Below are positions 53,014 through 63,103 of a stretch of 64,000 bases of DNA, piece after piece; the stretch's first letter is position 1, and the number at the start of each line of letters is the position of its first letter. Below the pieces are notes generated by a model. The model made no database searches and was not told where the DNA came from. It saw only the letters and a program-made list of their open reading frames with translations. The DNA is from Marinicellaceae bacterium (GTDB taxonomy: Bacteria; Pseudomonadota; Gammaproteobacteria; Xanthomonadales; Marinicellaceae). Location: NCBI GenBank assembly GCA_045107085.1, contig JBGCFT010000088.1, positions 631 through 64,630 on the forward strand, read 5' to 3'. Both the position numbers and the translations under genes were made by a program.

Positions 53014-54135
53014 TTATCTGTCTTCTTGTAAACCAATACCATCAAGCCCAGCAGCCAGAGTATTGGCATCTCCACCTTGAGATAATTTAATCGCAAGTCT
53101 TACTTCATTAGCAGAGTCAGCATGCCTTAGTGCATCTTCATAAGTAATTTCACCTGCTTGATAAAGTTCAAACAATGCTTGATCAAATGTTTTCATGCCT
53201 AAATTAGTTGATTTTTTCATCAGAGATTTCAATTCATGTATATCACCTTTACGAATCAACTCTTGAGCCAACGGTGTATTGATAAGAATCTCAACAGCGG
53301 CCCGTCTGCCTTTGCCATCTGGTGTTGGTATGAGTTGTTGAGCAATCATGGCCTTCATATTAAGCGATAAATCCATCAACAATTGATCTCTTCTATCTTC
53401 TGGGAAAAAGTGTAAGATTCTGTCTAACGCCTGATTGGCATTATTGGCGTGTAACGTTGCTAAGCAAAAATGACCTGTTTCTGCAAAAGTAATGGCATGT
53501 TCCATTGTTTCTCGGGTTCGTATTTCGCCAATCATAATGACATCTGGTGCTTGTCTTAGAGTATTCCGAAGAGCGATTTCAAATGAATCAGTATCTATGC
53601 CTACTTCTCTTTGTGTAATAACACAACCCTGATGTTCGTGTACATATTCAATAGGGTCCTCAATGGTAATAATATGACCTGTAGTATTAATATTTCTATA
53701 CCCAATTAATGCTGCCAATGATGTTGACTTACCTGTACCAGTTCCACCAACAAAAATCATAATACCTCTTTTTGTTAAAGATAAATCTTGTAATACTGGA
53801 GGCAAATTAAGTGATTCAAATGTTGGGATTTTAGTTTCAACACGACGAATAACCATTCCAACAGCTGTTCTTTGATAGAAAGCACTGACCCTAAATCGTC
53901 CAACTGAAGCAACTCCAATAGCAAAGTTACATTCATGGGTTCTCTCAAACACTTCTTTTTGTGAAGGTGACATGATGCCCATAACCAAATCCCTTGCCTG
54001 AGATTTTGATAAAGGAGTTTGAGTAATAGGTACTACTCGTCCATGTATTTTAATACTAGGAGGTAAACTTGCAGTAATAAATAAATCTGAGGCTTTTTTA
54101 TGAGCCATTAATTTTAAATATGAATTAAAATCCAC
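53014..54135 (-). CDS. pilU: type IV pilus retraction ATPase PilU
   Basis: GGTGTGKST Walker A, the PilT-family AIRNTLRQAPDVIMIGE motif, and its position downstream of pilT. Confidence 0.85.
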   Translation of the reverse strand: MDFNSYLKLMAHKKASDLFITASLPPSIKIHGRVVPITQTPLSKSQARDLVMGIMSPSQKEVFERTHECNFAIGVASVGRFRVSAFYQRTAVGMVIRRVETKIPTFESLNLPPVLQDLSLTKRGIMIFVGGTGTGKSTSLAALIGYRNINTTGHIITIEDPIEYVHEHQGCVITQREVGIDTDSFEIALRNTLRQAPDVIMIGEIRTRETMEHAITFAETGHFCLATLHANNANQALDRILHFFPEDRRDQLLMDLSLNMKAMIAQQLIPTPDGKGRRAAVEILINTPLAQELIRKGDIHELKSLMKKSTNLGMKTFDQALFELYQAGEITYEDALRHADSANEVRLAIKLSQGGDANTLAAGLDGIGLQEDR

Positions 54136-54147
54136 GGTATTCTCCAG

Positions 54148-55188
54148 TTATGAGTCAAAGTCGCTTTTGTTTGCTGCCTTAGAACGGGCTTCTGTCCTTG
54201 TTACGATCCCTTTATTTACTAAATCCAATAAGCATTGATCTAATGTTTGCATGCCGTAACCTTGACCTGTTTGAATAGAAGAATACATTTGTGCCACTTT
54301 GTCTTCACGAATGAGGTTTCTAATAGCAGGCACCCCAACCATGATTTCATGAGCTGCTACACGACCTCCACCCACTCTTTTTAAAAGTGTTTGAGCAACC
54401 ACAGCTCTTAATGACTCTGACAACATTGATCTGACCATTGGCTTTTCTCCTGATGGAAAAACATCAATTATTCTATCTATGGTTTTTGCTGCAGAACTCG
54501 TGTGAAGTGTGCCAAACACTAAATGCCCGGTTTCAGCGGCTGTTAATGCCAGTTCAATGGTTTCTAGATCACGTAACTCACCTACAAGAATAATGTCAGG
54601 GTCTTCACGTAAAGCAGACTTCAAAGAGTTGTTAAAACTTTTTGTGTCTCTATAGACTTCTCTTTGGTTAACCAAGCATTTATTGCTAGTGTGAACAAAT
54701 TCAATGGGATCTTCAATGGTTAAAATATGTCCGTGTTCATTCTTGTTTATATAATCAATCATTGCAGCCAGGGTAGTTGATTTACCAGAACCTGTCGGAC
54801 CAGTTACCAAAATGATTCCCCTAGGAACCTGAATTAATTCTTTAAATATTGGAGGACAATTTAGATCTTCTAAGGTCAATATTTCTGTAGGAATGGTTCT
54901 AAAAACTGCAGCACAGCCACGATTTTGATTAAATGCATTGACACGAAACCTGGCTAAACCAGGAATTTCAAATGAAAAATCTATTTCCCATATGTCCTCA
55001 TATTCCTTTCTTTGACCATCATTCATGATGTCGTAAACCATGGCATGTAATTCTTTATGGTCTAGAGGTGGCAAGTTGATTCTTCTTACATCACCATCAA
55101 CACGAATCATAGGCGGTAAGCCAGAAGATAAATGTAAATCGGAAGCTTTATTTTTAACTGAAAATGCCAGTAGCTCTGCAATATCCAT
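54148..55188 (-). CDS. pilT: type IV pilus twitching motility ATPase PilT
   Basis: GPTGSGKST, the ALREDPDIILVGELRD signature and AHEIMVG. Confidence 0.9.
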   Translation of the reverse strand: MDIAELLAFSVKNKASDLHLSSGLPPMIRVDGDVRRINLPPLDHKELHAMVYDIMNDGQRKEYEDIWEIDFSFEIPGLARFRVNAFNQNRGCAAVFRTIPTEILTLEDLNCPPIFKELIQVPRGIILVTGPTGSGKSTTLAAMIDYINKNEHGHILTIEDPIEFVHTSNKCLVNQREVYRDTKSFNNSLKSALREDPDIILVGELRDLETIELALTAAETGHLVFGTLHTSSAAKTIDRIIDVFPSGEKPMVRSMLSESLRAVVAQTLLKRVGGGRVAAHEIMVGVPAIRNLIREDKVAQMYSSIQTGQGYGMQTLDQCLLDLVNKGIVTRTEARSKAANKSDFDS

Positions 55189-55638
55189 AGTGTACCCATT
55201 TTAATTTGTTAATTTATTTTATCTTTGTTGTGTCATAATATCCACACTTTTATCATTATTGTTGTCGAACACTTATTCAAAAAATGCTTATTTAAATGAG
55301 TTTTTCATCTATCTTATGTTGAAAAGTTAGACAATATTTTTATGAATATTAAGCAAATATTTTAATGAAAAACATGTTCTTGATAAGAATCCCTTTGCTA
55401 TATGAATCGCTATTACTCCAAAAACAAATGAGCTATTTTTAAAAGTTACTCTTAATCAAGTCTGTCAATAGGCAAAATAGGCAATAAATAAAGTTGTGTG
55501 AATGAAAACAACATATTGTTTTGTTATTTAATCAAGAGTTTATCGGTATCAAAAAACTATAAAATTCACCAATTATTATGTCATTTAGTGACTATAATCT
55601 GATAAACTAAATGATTATCACTCTATTCACAGAATTTC

Positions 55639-58428
55639 ATGTTAAATAAGTTATTAAATTTTGTACGGACTTCTAGTCTCGCTAAATATTTTATAGTTGG
55701 CTTGATCATTGCAATAGTTAACTCCATTTCAGGCCATTTTACTGTTTTGTTATTGGCAGCCTCTTTATCTGGGTTATTGTTCTTTCTATTAAAAATACCC
55801 TTTTTAGAAGACAAGTTAACTTATGATCAAAGACAAAGTACAGAATTAAACATTTTGTTACTCAACTCAATTTTATGGGGAATATATTTGTGGAAAGATT
55901 TACATGAATTTCCCCAGGCATACTCCTTAACTTTTGCGCTACTCATTTTTTCAATTTTTAATTTGTTTAAAACCTTGAAACAAAGGTTATATTTGTTGAT
56001 ACCATTGGTTCTTGCCTTTGTAATCTTATCAATATTTGTTCAATTCCCAGCTATTACTTTGGTTGCTGCGACAACAGTTTTATTTGTGATTTTATTTTTA
56101 ATCAACGAAAGCCATTTAAAACAAGTTGGAGAAAAAACTATAGATCCTACAAATAATGATTCGACATCAAAACTAGAAATGGTTGGAGAATTAGACGATG
56201 TTCGTATTGAAAACAAACAATTAAAAGAGCATTTAAAACAAATTGAAATAGATTTATCGGCTGCAGAAATGGCTAAAATGGAATTTTTAGCAACAATGAG
56301 TCACGAAATTCGAACACCTTTAAATGGAATAATTCCTTTATTAGATATTTTATTAGATTCTGAGCTATCAGATTTTCAGAGAGATTATCTGAGTACTGCT
56401 CATATATCAGCAATACAAATGCAAAAGCTAATTGATGACTTATTGGATTATTCTAAAGTTGAAGCAGGTAAGCTTACTGTTGAAACAAGAGGGCTAAAAA
56501 TACCTCGTATAATGCAAGCAGTGAACGCATCATACAAACAAGCAGCGCAAAAGAAAAACTTAAAACTTGAAGTTAATGTTCACAAAAATATAAGTCCATT
56601 ATTGCGCGGAGACCCAACAAGATTAAGGCAAGTTTTGTCTAATCTGGTCAGTAATGCGATTAAATTTTCAAGTTACGGAACCATCAGTTTAAATGTCAAA
56701 AAACTTAAAGATTTTCCGAATAAAGAAATTATTAGATTTGAGGTAGTAGATCAAGGCATTGGTTTGGATAAAGAAACTTCAGATAATATCTTTTTACCTT
56801 TTACCCAAGAAGATGGTTCAAGTACACGTAAGTTTGGTGGCACGGGTCTTGGATTAGCAATAAGTAAAAAAATTGTCGAGCTAATGCAAGGCTCAATATA
56901 TGTTGAATCACAAAAAGGAAAGGGCAGTAACTTTTATTTTGACCTTCCTTTACTAAAATCAGTTGGCGAAACAACTGTTGGTACCAGTGAAGCTTCTGGG
57001 TATCAGGCAATTTTAGTCAATACAAATCCATTATTGTTCAACAAAATTTCTCAAAAACTAAAGTCTGAAGAAGTGCCTTTTCAAAAGGCGTTGGGATTAT
57101 CACAGGCTTATGATATTTTTGCATCAATCAATAAAGTATCAACCAAGACAAAACACATTTTAATGTTTATTGACTTTGAGACAGCAGGGAAGCAAGTCAG
57201 AGGTCTTTGTAATGATATTACAAAAGATAATAGTATGGAGAACTTATATGCCTGTATTTTCTCTGAAAGAGAAAGCATCGCAGGAATACCTAAAAGTCCT
57301 AATATTAAACTACTAAACAAAGATGATTCAATTGGCGCATTGCTCAACTCAATTGAGGTTTCTCAAGCCAGTCAAGAAGCAGCTGATATTATTGACTCTT
57401 CTCAAACTGAGGAACTTAGCAGTGACGATCAAATAGAAGAGGCGGAAATAGTCGAAAGAGATCCGGTCGATAATGATAAGCTTATACCTGAAATATTGTT
57501 AGTTGAAGACAACGAAGTGAATTTAAAAGTTGCTGAAAAACTTATTCAATACATAGGGTACCCTTTTGATTTTGCAATGAATGGCCAGGAAGCACTTGAA
57601 AAAGTGAAACAGAATAGATACCGAATGATTTTAATGGATTGTCAAATGCCTGTGATGGACGGTTATCGAAGTACAGCAAAAATTAGAGACTATGAAACTG
57701 CAGCGGGTTTGAATCGTACACCGATTCTTGCCATGACAGCAAATGCCATGTTAGGCGATAAGGAAAAATGCTTAAATGCTGGCATGGATGACTATATGTC
57801 TAAACCTCTGAACCGCTATATTCTTGAAAAAACTTTAAAGAAATGGGACCCACTGGCAAAGACTACTAATTCAACTAAACCAAGTGACTCTGTTTCTGAA
57901 GATCAAGCAAACAGCCAAGAACCTGAGCAAACAGAACCGGTAGCACAAGAGCAAAAAAGTAGCCATCAAACTCCTGAATCATCAGTTTCAGAAATTAATC
58001 GGAATCAAAGCGCTGTTGTTGAGCCGAGGAAACCACAACCTGTTGTTGAAAAAAAGGTTGCAACACCAGGAGTTCAGATTAATCAAAAATGGTTAAGTAC
58101 AAAAACACTTGAAAGTTTAAAAGAGTTTATGGGCAGCGAAATCATTCAGTTATTAGATATGTTTGAGCAGGAAACGCCAACAATTTTAAGAAAAATGAGA
58201 GCAGCCTTAGAAACAAAGAACACTGAAGAAGTTCAAAAAATGGCGCATATGCTTAAATCAACCAGTGCAAATATAGGCGGAAATGGTTTGAGCTTTTTTT
58301 CGAGAAAAATGGAGTTGGCGGCCAACTCACATGAATTGAAACAGATGCCTATTATTTTTGATAAAATCAAAAAAGCCTATATGTTGACAAGTAAAGAAAT
58401 AACTAAATATATTAAAACACAGCAGTGA
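55639..58428 (+). CDS. hybrid sensor histidine kinase/response regulator with C-terminal HPt domain
   Basis: Multi-TM N-terminus, H box SHEIRTPLNG, N and G boxes (NLVSNAIKF, DQGIGL, GGTGLGLAISK), receiver ILLVEDNEVN...LMDCQMPVMDG...AMTANA, and HPt HMLKSTSANIGG. Confidence 0.85.
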   Translation: MLNKLLNFVRTSSLAKYFIVGLIIAIVNSISGHFTVLLLAASLSGLLFFLLKIPFLEDKLTYDQRQSTELNILLLNSILWGIYLWKDLHEFPQAYSLTFALLIFSIFNLFKTLKQRLYLLIPLVLAFVILSIFVQFPAITLVAATTVLFVILFLINESHLKQVGEKTIDPTNNDSTSKLEMVGELDDVRIENKQLKEHLKQIEIDLSAAEMAKMEFLATMSHEIRTPLNGIIPLLDILLDSELSDFQRDYLSTAHISAIQMQKLIDDLLDYSKVEAGKLTVETRGLKIPRIMQAVNASYKQAAQKKNLKLEVNVHKNISPLLRGDPTRLRQVLSNLVSNAIKFSSYGTISLNVKKLKDFPNKEIIRFEVVDQGIGLDKETSDNIFLPFTQEDGSSTRKFGGTGLGLAISKKIVELMQGSIYVESQKGKGSNFYFDLPLLKSVGETTVGTSEASGYQAILVNTNPLLFNKISQKLKSEEVPFQKALGLSQAYDIFASINKVSTKTKHILMFIDFETAGKQVRGLCNDITKDNSMENLYACIFSERESIAGIPKSPNIKLLNKDDSIGALLNSIEVSQASQEAADIIDSSQTEELSSDDQIEEAEIVERDPVDNDKLIPEILLVEDNEVNLKVAEKLIQYIGYPFDFAMNGQEALEKVKQNRYRMILMDCQMPVMDGYRSTAKIRDYETAAGLNRTPILAMTANAMLGDKEKCLNAGMDDYMSKPLNRYILEKTLKKWDPLAKTTNSTKPSDSVSEDQANSQEPEQTEPVAQEQKSSHQTPESSVSEINRNQSAVVEPRKPQPVVEKKVATPGVQINQKWLSTKTLESLKEFMGSEIIQLLDMFEQETPTILRKMRAALETKNTEEVQKMAHMLKSTSANIGGNGLSFFSRKMELAANSHELKQMPIIFDKIKKAYMLTSKEITKYIKTQQ

Positions 58429-58455
58429 AATAATAGTTATTGAAATAAAAATACA

Positions 58456-58495
58456 GTTTTAGGAAGCGAATCACATTATTTTAGCTTCCTAAAAC
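58456..58495 (+). terminator. stem-loop downstream of the sensor kinase (terminator candidate)
   Basis: Perfect 12-bp inverted repeat GTTTTAGGAAGC / GCTTCCTAAAAC with a 16-nt loop. There is no clear T tract. Confidence 0.45.
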
Positions 58496-58631
58496 TACAT
58501 CTATGCCTAGGTTTTTCTATTAAATTACCTCGCCTTAATGATACAATCTCAATCTTTTGAATTTTGGGTTGATGACATTGTCTACTTATACAATTTAAAA
58601 CTATTTACCATAACCCAACACTTTTACATTT

Positions 58632-60671
58632 ATGATAATTGAAACATTTACATTGATGCTAGCACTGGCATTACAAAACGATCAAAACAACAAAGATACA
58701 GATAAAGAAGTTGATCAAATCATTGTCACAGCCTCTAAAAAGAAACAATCAGTAGAAAATTTGTCTACAGCTGTTTCTGTCGTAACAAAGGCGGAGATTC
58801 TTGAAAAAAACATTACATTACTACCAGATTTACTCCGTGAAGAAGCAGGTGTTTATATCCAACAAACTACGCCTGGCCAAGGTATACCAATCATAAGGGG
58901 ATTAAAGGGTTCAGAAAATGTTCACCTTATCGATGGCATGCGTTTAAATACTGCTTTTTTTAGAAATTCTCCGAATCAATATTTAGCATTGGTTGATCCA
59001 TTTATGACCAATCAAATTGAAATAATTAGAGGTCCAGCATCGGTTCTATATGGAGGAGATGCTTTGGGCGGCGTGTTAAATGTTATTACTCATACTCCTA
59101 GTTTTACAGGAAAAGATTGGCAACACCAAGGAGAAATGTATCTATCCTATGATTCTGCCGATGAAAAAACCCTCAGTCATATTTCTCTAGATATGGGCAA
59201 CGAAAAAATATCTACTACTTTGGGTTTGAGTTATCAAGATATTGGAACAAGAACCATTGGTGGTGGCACTGAAGTTCCTTTTACAAATTACAGCTCAAGA
59301 GCTGTAAATAATAAGTGGTTATTCAATTTATCGGAAGATAAGTCATTAATATTTGATATGCAATATTTAACTCAACCATCCACACCTAGAGTTGATGATT
59401 TGGTTGTAGGATTTGGTCAAACTGAACCAGATTCATCACTGTTTTTGTTTTCTCCAAATCAAAGGCAATTTGTTCATTTGAACTATTCAGATAATGCTGC
59501 GAATGCTTTGTATGATAACTCAGATTATCATATTTCATGGCAGCTAATCAAAGACCACAGAATAAGATCAAATTTTGATGAAGAAGATCTTATAAAAGAA
59601 CAAAATGAAAGTGCTTTGTTTTCATTTCAATCTTCTTTTAATAAACAGTTAAACGAACAATTAGATGTGGTATATGGTATTGACTATTACAAAGATACCA
59701 TTAATAGTGCCAGACAAAACATTAGTAATGGCGTTGCTACTAACGGAAATTCACGTTTTCCTGATGATTCTACTATGCAACATTTGGGTTTTTTTGCAGA
59801 CATGACTAAATACTTCGAACACCAAGATTTAACATTTGGAATGCGTTACAGTGATTATGAGATAGACCTAAATAATCCAATCATTTCCAATGATACTCTT
59901 AAAATTGATGATTTAACTTGGCACATAGGTTGGCTCTATCACCTTGATGATGAAAATAAATTATTTGCCAATCTTGGAAGAGGCTTCAGGCCACCTAATA
60001 TATTTGATTTAGGTCAAGTAGGAGAAAGGCCGGGTAACCGTTTTAATGTCATCAATACTGATGTAAAACCAGAAACCGTCCACACATTGGATATTGGATG
60101 GAAGCATTTTGGCAACATCTATACTGTGGACTTTACTGTATTTTATTCGAAGTATAAAGATAAAATTGCCAGTGTTGAAACCGGTGAATTAACAGATACT
60201 GGACAACTAATCGTTCAGTCTCAAAATATTAATGATGTTAACCTTTATGGTGTAGAATCCAGTTTTACTTATAAAATCAATACTGATTCAGAATTTAATG
60301 CGGTATTAAATTACACTTGGGGTGAGGAAACAACAGGTGATTTAAGTGAGCCAGCAGATAGAATTCCACCACTCAATGGTTTTATCGGTTATCAAAAACA
60401 AATCAATGATGACTGGAGTATCAATCCTAAAATCATCTATGCAACAACGCAAGATAGACTCAGTGCCCGTGATGTAAGAGATGCAAGAATACATCCAAAT
60501 GGAACAGGCGGTTTTGTATCATATAACGTATATGCTAATTGGAAACTTTCTGGTGCCAGTAACGTGCGTTTTGGTTTTGAAAACATATTTGATAAGAAGT
60601 ACAGAGAACATGGATCGGGTTTAGAAGCCGCAGGAAGAAATTTACACGCTTCTTTTAATTATTTGTTTTAG
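58632..60671 (+). CDS. TonB-dependent outer membrane receptor
   Basis: TonB box DQIIVTAS, plug motifs (GIPIIRGL, IEIIRGPASVLYG) and a C-terminal ...ASFNYLF aromatic terminus. Confidence 0.85.
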   Translation: MIIETFTLMLALALQNDQNNKDTDKEVDQIIVTASKKKQSVENLSTAVSVVTKAEILEKNITLLPDLLREEAGVYIQQTTPGQGIPIIRGLKGSENVHLIDGMRLNTAFFRNSPNQYLALVDPFMTNQIEIIRGPASVLYGGDALGGVLNVITHTPSFTGKDWQHQGEMYLSYDSADEKTLSHISLDMGNEKISTTLGLSYQDIGTRTIGGGTEVPFTNYSSRAVNNKWLFNLSEDKSLIFDMQYLTQPSTPRVDDLVVGFGQTEPDSSLFLFSPNQRQFVHLNYSDNAANALYDNSDYHISWQLIKDHRIRSNFDEEDLIKEQNESALFSFQSSFNKQLNEQLDVVYGIDYYKDTINSARQNISNGVATNGNSRFPDDSTMQHLGFFADMTKYFEHQDLTFGMRYSDYEIDLNNPIISNDTLKIDDLTWHIGWLYHLDDENKLFANLGRGFRPPNIFDLGQVGERPGNRFNVINTDVKPETVHTLDIGWKHFGNIYTVDFTVFYSKYKDKIASVETGELTDTGQLIVQSQNINDVNLYGVESSFTYKINTDSEFNAVLNYTWGEETTGDLSEPADRIPPLNGFIGYQKQINDDWSINPKIIYATTQDRLSARDVRDARIHPNGTGGFVSYNVYANWKLSGASNVRFGFENIFDKKYREHGSGLEAAGRNLHASFNYLF

Positions 60672-60710
60672 TCTGTTATAAACTAATTCATTGATAAAAA
60701 TTTAATATAT

Positions 60711-60744
60711 CCTTTCTTTAGTTTTTAAGTAAATTAAAGAAGGG
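60711..60744. terminator. bidirectional stem-loop between convergent genes
   Basis: CCTTTCTTTA / TAAAGAAGGG, a 10-bp stem (one G-T pair) with a 14-nt loop, between the TBDR stop and the nitrilase-family stop. Confidence 0.45.
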
Positions 60745-60753
60745 AATAAATAT

Positions 60754-61521
60754 TTAATTTTTCATATCTTTAAGAAAGGGTAAATCCATTCTAATTTTAT
60801 TTACCACAGAAGCATCTAAGTCATAAAAAATACAATCTTGATTGAAATCTCCAATTGATAAAACCTCTCCCATAGGATTAATTATTTGTGACCCGCCAAT
60901 GTAGTTTAGTCCATTATCATCGCTTCCTGTTCGATTAACAGCGACAATAAAGCATTGGTTTTCAATGGCCCTAGCCTGCAATAGAATGTTCCAATGCCTT
61001 TGTCTTGATTCTGGCCAGTTTGCAATAACATAAATAACGTGAACTTGATTAGAAACGGCTCTGAATATTTCTGGAAACCTCAAATCATAACAAATAAAGA
61101 TACTGGATTTTAAGCCTTCTAAATCAAAAACAACCTGTTTGTTTCCTTGTTGAAAATATTGCCCTTCATTGGCTAGATTGAAACTGTAATTTTTGGTGTA
61201 GCTCGTAATTAGTTTGCCTTGTTTGTTTATTACCAAGGCAACATTTACAGCTTTATTTATTGTATTAGATAGCTCAGTAATGCCTGCAATAATACTGATA
61301 TTATTTTTAAGTGCCAAATTACAAAGAAATTGATAAGTTTGACCAAATGGTTCTTCAGCTGTTTTGGATATGTTCATAGAAAAACCGCTATTAAACATTT
61401 CAGGCAATACTATTAAATCACAATTATTTTCATGAGCATGTTCTGTATATGATTGTGCTAATGTAAGGTTTTGTTCAAGGTTTTCCCATACACTATTAAT
61501 TTGAACACTGGCTATTTTCAT
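60754..61521 (-). CDS. carbon-nitrogen hydrolase (nitrilase superfamily) protein
   Basis: Glu-Lys-Cys triad context: LIVLPEMF ... ICYDLRFPE. The start was chosen at MKIASVQ, downstream of the bioC stop. Confidence 0.75.
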   Translation of the reverse strand: MKIASVQINSVWENLEQNLTLAQSYTEHAHENNCDLIVLPEMFNSGFSMNISKTAEEPFGQTYQFLCNLALKNNISIIAGITELSNTINKAVNVALVINKQGKLITSYTKNYSFNLANEGQYFQQGNKQVVFDLEGLKSSIFICYDLRFPEIFRAVSNQVHVIYVIANWPESRQRHWNILLQARAIENQCFIVAVNRTGSDDNGLNYIGGSQIINPMGEVLSIGDFNQDCIFYDLDASVVNKIRMDLPFLKDMKN

Positions 61522-61543
61522 ATTTTTATACTTAATGTTTTGT

Positions 61544-62368
61544 TTAATCTTTAATTGCCAAACTAATGTCATTGATTTTTTTTGATTTTTTTGCCCTTAA
61601 ATACACCACTTCATAACTGGCAGGCAATCTATCATCAACTCGAAACTCTTCATAAGCATTCATTAACGTGTTTAATTGCTTTCGAGTCATGAGTCCTTTC
61701 TTACGTGATTCGATGACATTATGTCCCCCAGAAGATTTAATGTCCCTCATCAAAGAAATAATATCTTTATAGGTTAATGTTATTATTTCTGCATTCACTA
61801 CGGGTTCTTCAAAACCCAGTTTCAGTAAAGTATCGCCCATGTCATGCAAGGCAGGAAAATCATGAACATGCATCTGTTTATCGACACTTAACCAGGATTG
61901 TTTTAACTCAACCAAGCTTGTCTCACCCAGAGCACTCATTATTAATAAACCATTAGGCTTTAGGACTCTCATGCATTCGGCAAAAACATCTTTTTCATTG
62001 CACCAATGAATTAACATGTTTGAAAAAACCACATCAAACGCATTGTCTTCAAAAGGCAAGTCATGGACATCACTATGAATTACATTCACTTGTTTGTGAT
62101 GTGAAATATGTTCAAGCATGTTCTTAGAAAAATCCAATGCTGAAATTTTTACATTATTAAATAATTTTAAAAACTTTGGAATTGCCCATCCTGTTCCACA
62201 ACCTAAATCTAGAATATGGTTAGGTTGAAATGTTGGATCAATTTTGCACTCATCATCTAGCCTTTCAATTAACCTTGACATGACTTCCTTTTGTAATACA
62301 GCATTTTCTTCATACTGGTTGGCTGCGTTATTAAATGATTTTAATATGGCATGATATTCTAGAGGCAT
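61544..62368 (-). CDS. bioC: malonyl-ACP O-methyltransferase BioC
   Basis: FNNAANQYEENAVLQKEV, ILDLGCGTGW and FSNMLIHWC, colinear with E. coli BioC. Confidence 0.75.
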   Translation of the reverse strand: MPLEYHAILKSFNNAANQYEENAVLQKEVMSRLIERLDDECKIDPTFQPNHILDLGCGTGWAIPKFLKLFNNVKISALDFSKNMLEHISHHKQVNVIHSDVHDLPFEDNAFDVVFSNMLIHWCNEKDVFAECMRVLKPNGLLIMSALGETSLVELKQSWLSVDKQMHVHDFPALHDMGDTLLKLGFEEPVVNAEIITLTYKDIISLMRDIKSSGGHNVIESRKKGLMTRKQLNTLMNAYEEFRVDDRLPASYEVVYLRAKKSKKINDISLAIKD

Positions 62369-62417
62369 GGAAATATGATAATATAAAAACTTTATTTTAA
62401 CACCAAGTCCCTTAATC

Positions 62418-63077
62418 GTGAATCAATGTTTCATTTGTAATAGCAATACTCAAGATGTCCTATCATACCAATCAATTTGTCATGGCTGTTTGAGTTTGAT
62501 TAAGCATCCAGAGTACGATTGTTTAAGGTGTGGTGTTGAATTGCAATCAGATCACGGCATTTGTGGAAATTGTCAAACTAAACCACCTATGTTTTCTGAA
62601 GTTAAGTATGTTGGAGTTTATCAATTTCCCATCGATAACTGGGTAAAAAATCTAAAATTTGGTAAAAATATTCTCATGTCAACAATGTTTGCTGAGTTGA
62701 TGCAACCTTTGTTAAATGAAATTGAACCAGACTATTGTTTAATGCCAGTGCCTTTGCATGTTTCTAGGTTAAGATCACGTGGTTATAATCAAGCATATGA
62801 AATAGTAAAAGAGATATCGAAACTATCAAATAGGCCCATAGATACCTCATTAAAACGCAGTATCAATACAAAAATGCAAGCACAGCTCAAGCTCAATCAA
62901 AGAGCAAGCAATGTCAGTAAAGCTTTTTTGGTTCAAGGCGACTTGGACAACAAAAAAATAGTGTTAATAGATGACGTCATGACTTCAGGAAACACATTAA
63001 AAGAATGCGCCAAAACTTTAAAAAAAGCTGGCGCATTAGACATTAAAATAATTATATTTGCACGTAAATCGCTGTAA
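62418..63077 (+). CDS. comF: ComF family protein (phosphoribosyltransferase domain)
   Basis: N-terminal cysteine-rich zinc-finger region (CxxC pairs) and C-terminal PRTase motif VLIDDVMTSGNT. Confidence 0.8.
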   Translation: MNQCFICNSNTQDVLSYQSICHGCLSLIKHPEYDCLRCGVELQSDHGICGNCQTKPPMFSEVKYVGVYQFPIDNWVKNLKFGKNILMSTMFAELMQPLLNEIEPDYCLMPVPLHVSRLRSRGYNQAYEIVKEISKLSNRPIDTSLKRSINTKMQAQLKLNQRASNVSKAFLVQGDLDNKKIVLIDDVMTSGNTLKECAKTLKKAGALDIKIIIFARKSL

Positions 63078-63103
63078 TAGAACAGAGCTTTATTGAATAA
63101 TTA

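Noticed and set aside
55189-55638. The 450-bp gene-free spacer between pilT and the sensor kinase as a possible sRNA or small-gene locus
   Set aside because: I found no ORF with a start context. The only structure is a short AT-rich hairpin (AAAACAA-CATA-TTGTTTT). A pair of divergent promoters is the simplest explanation.
58531-58550. A Fur-like half-site (TTAATGATACAATCTCAAT) upstream of the second TonB-dependent receptor
   Set aside because: Only the first half matches the 19-bp consensus, which is too weak to call by eye.
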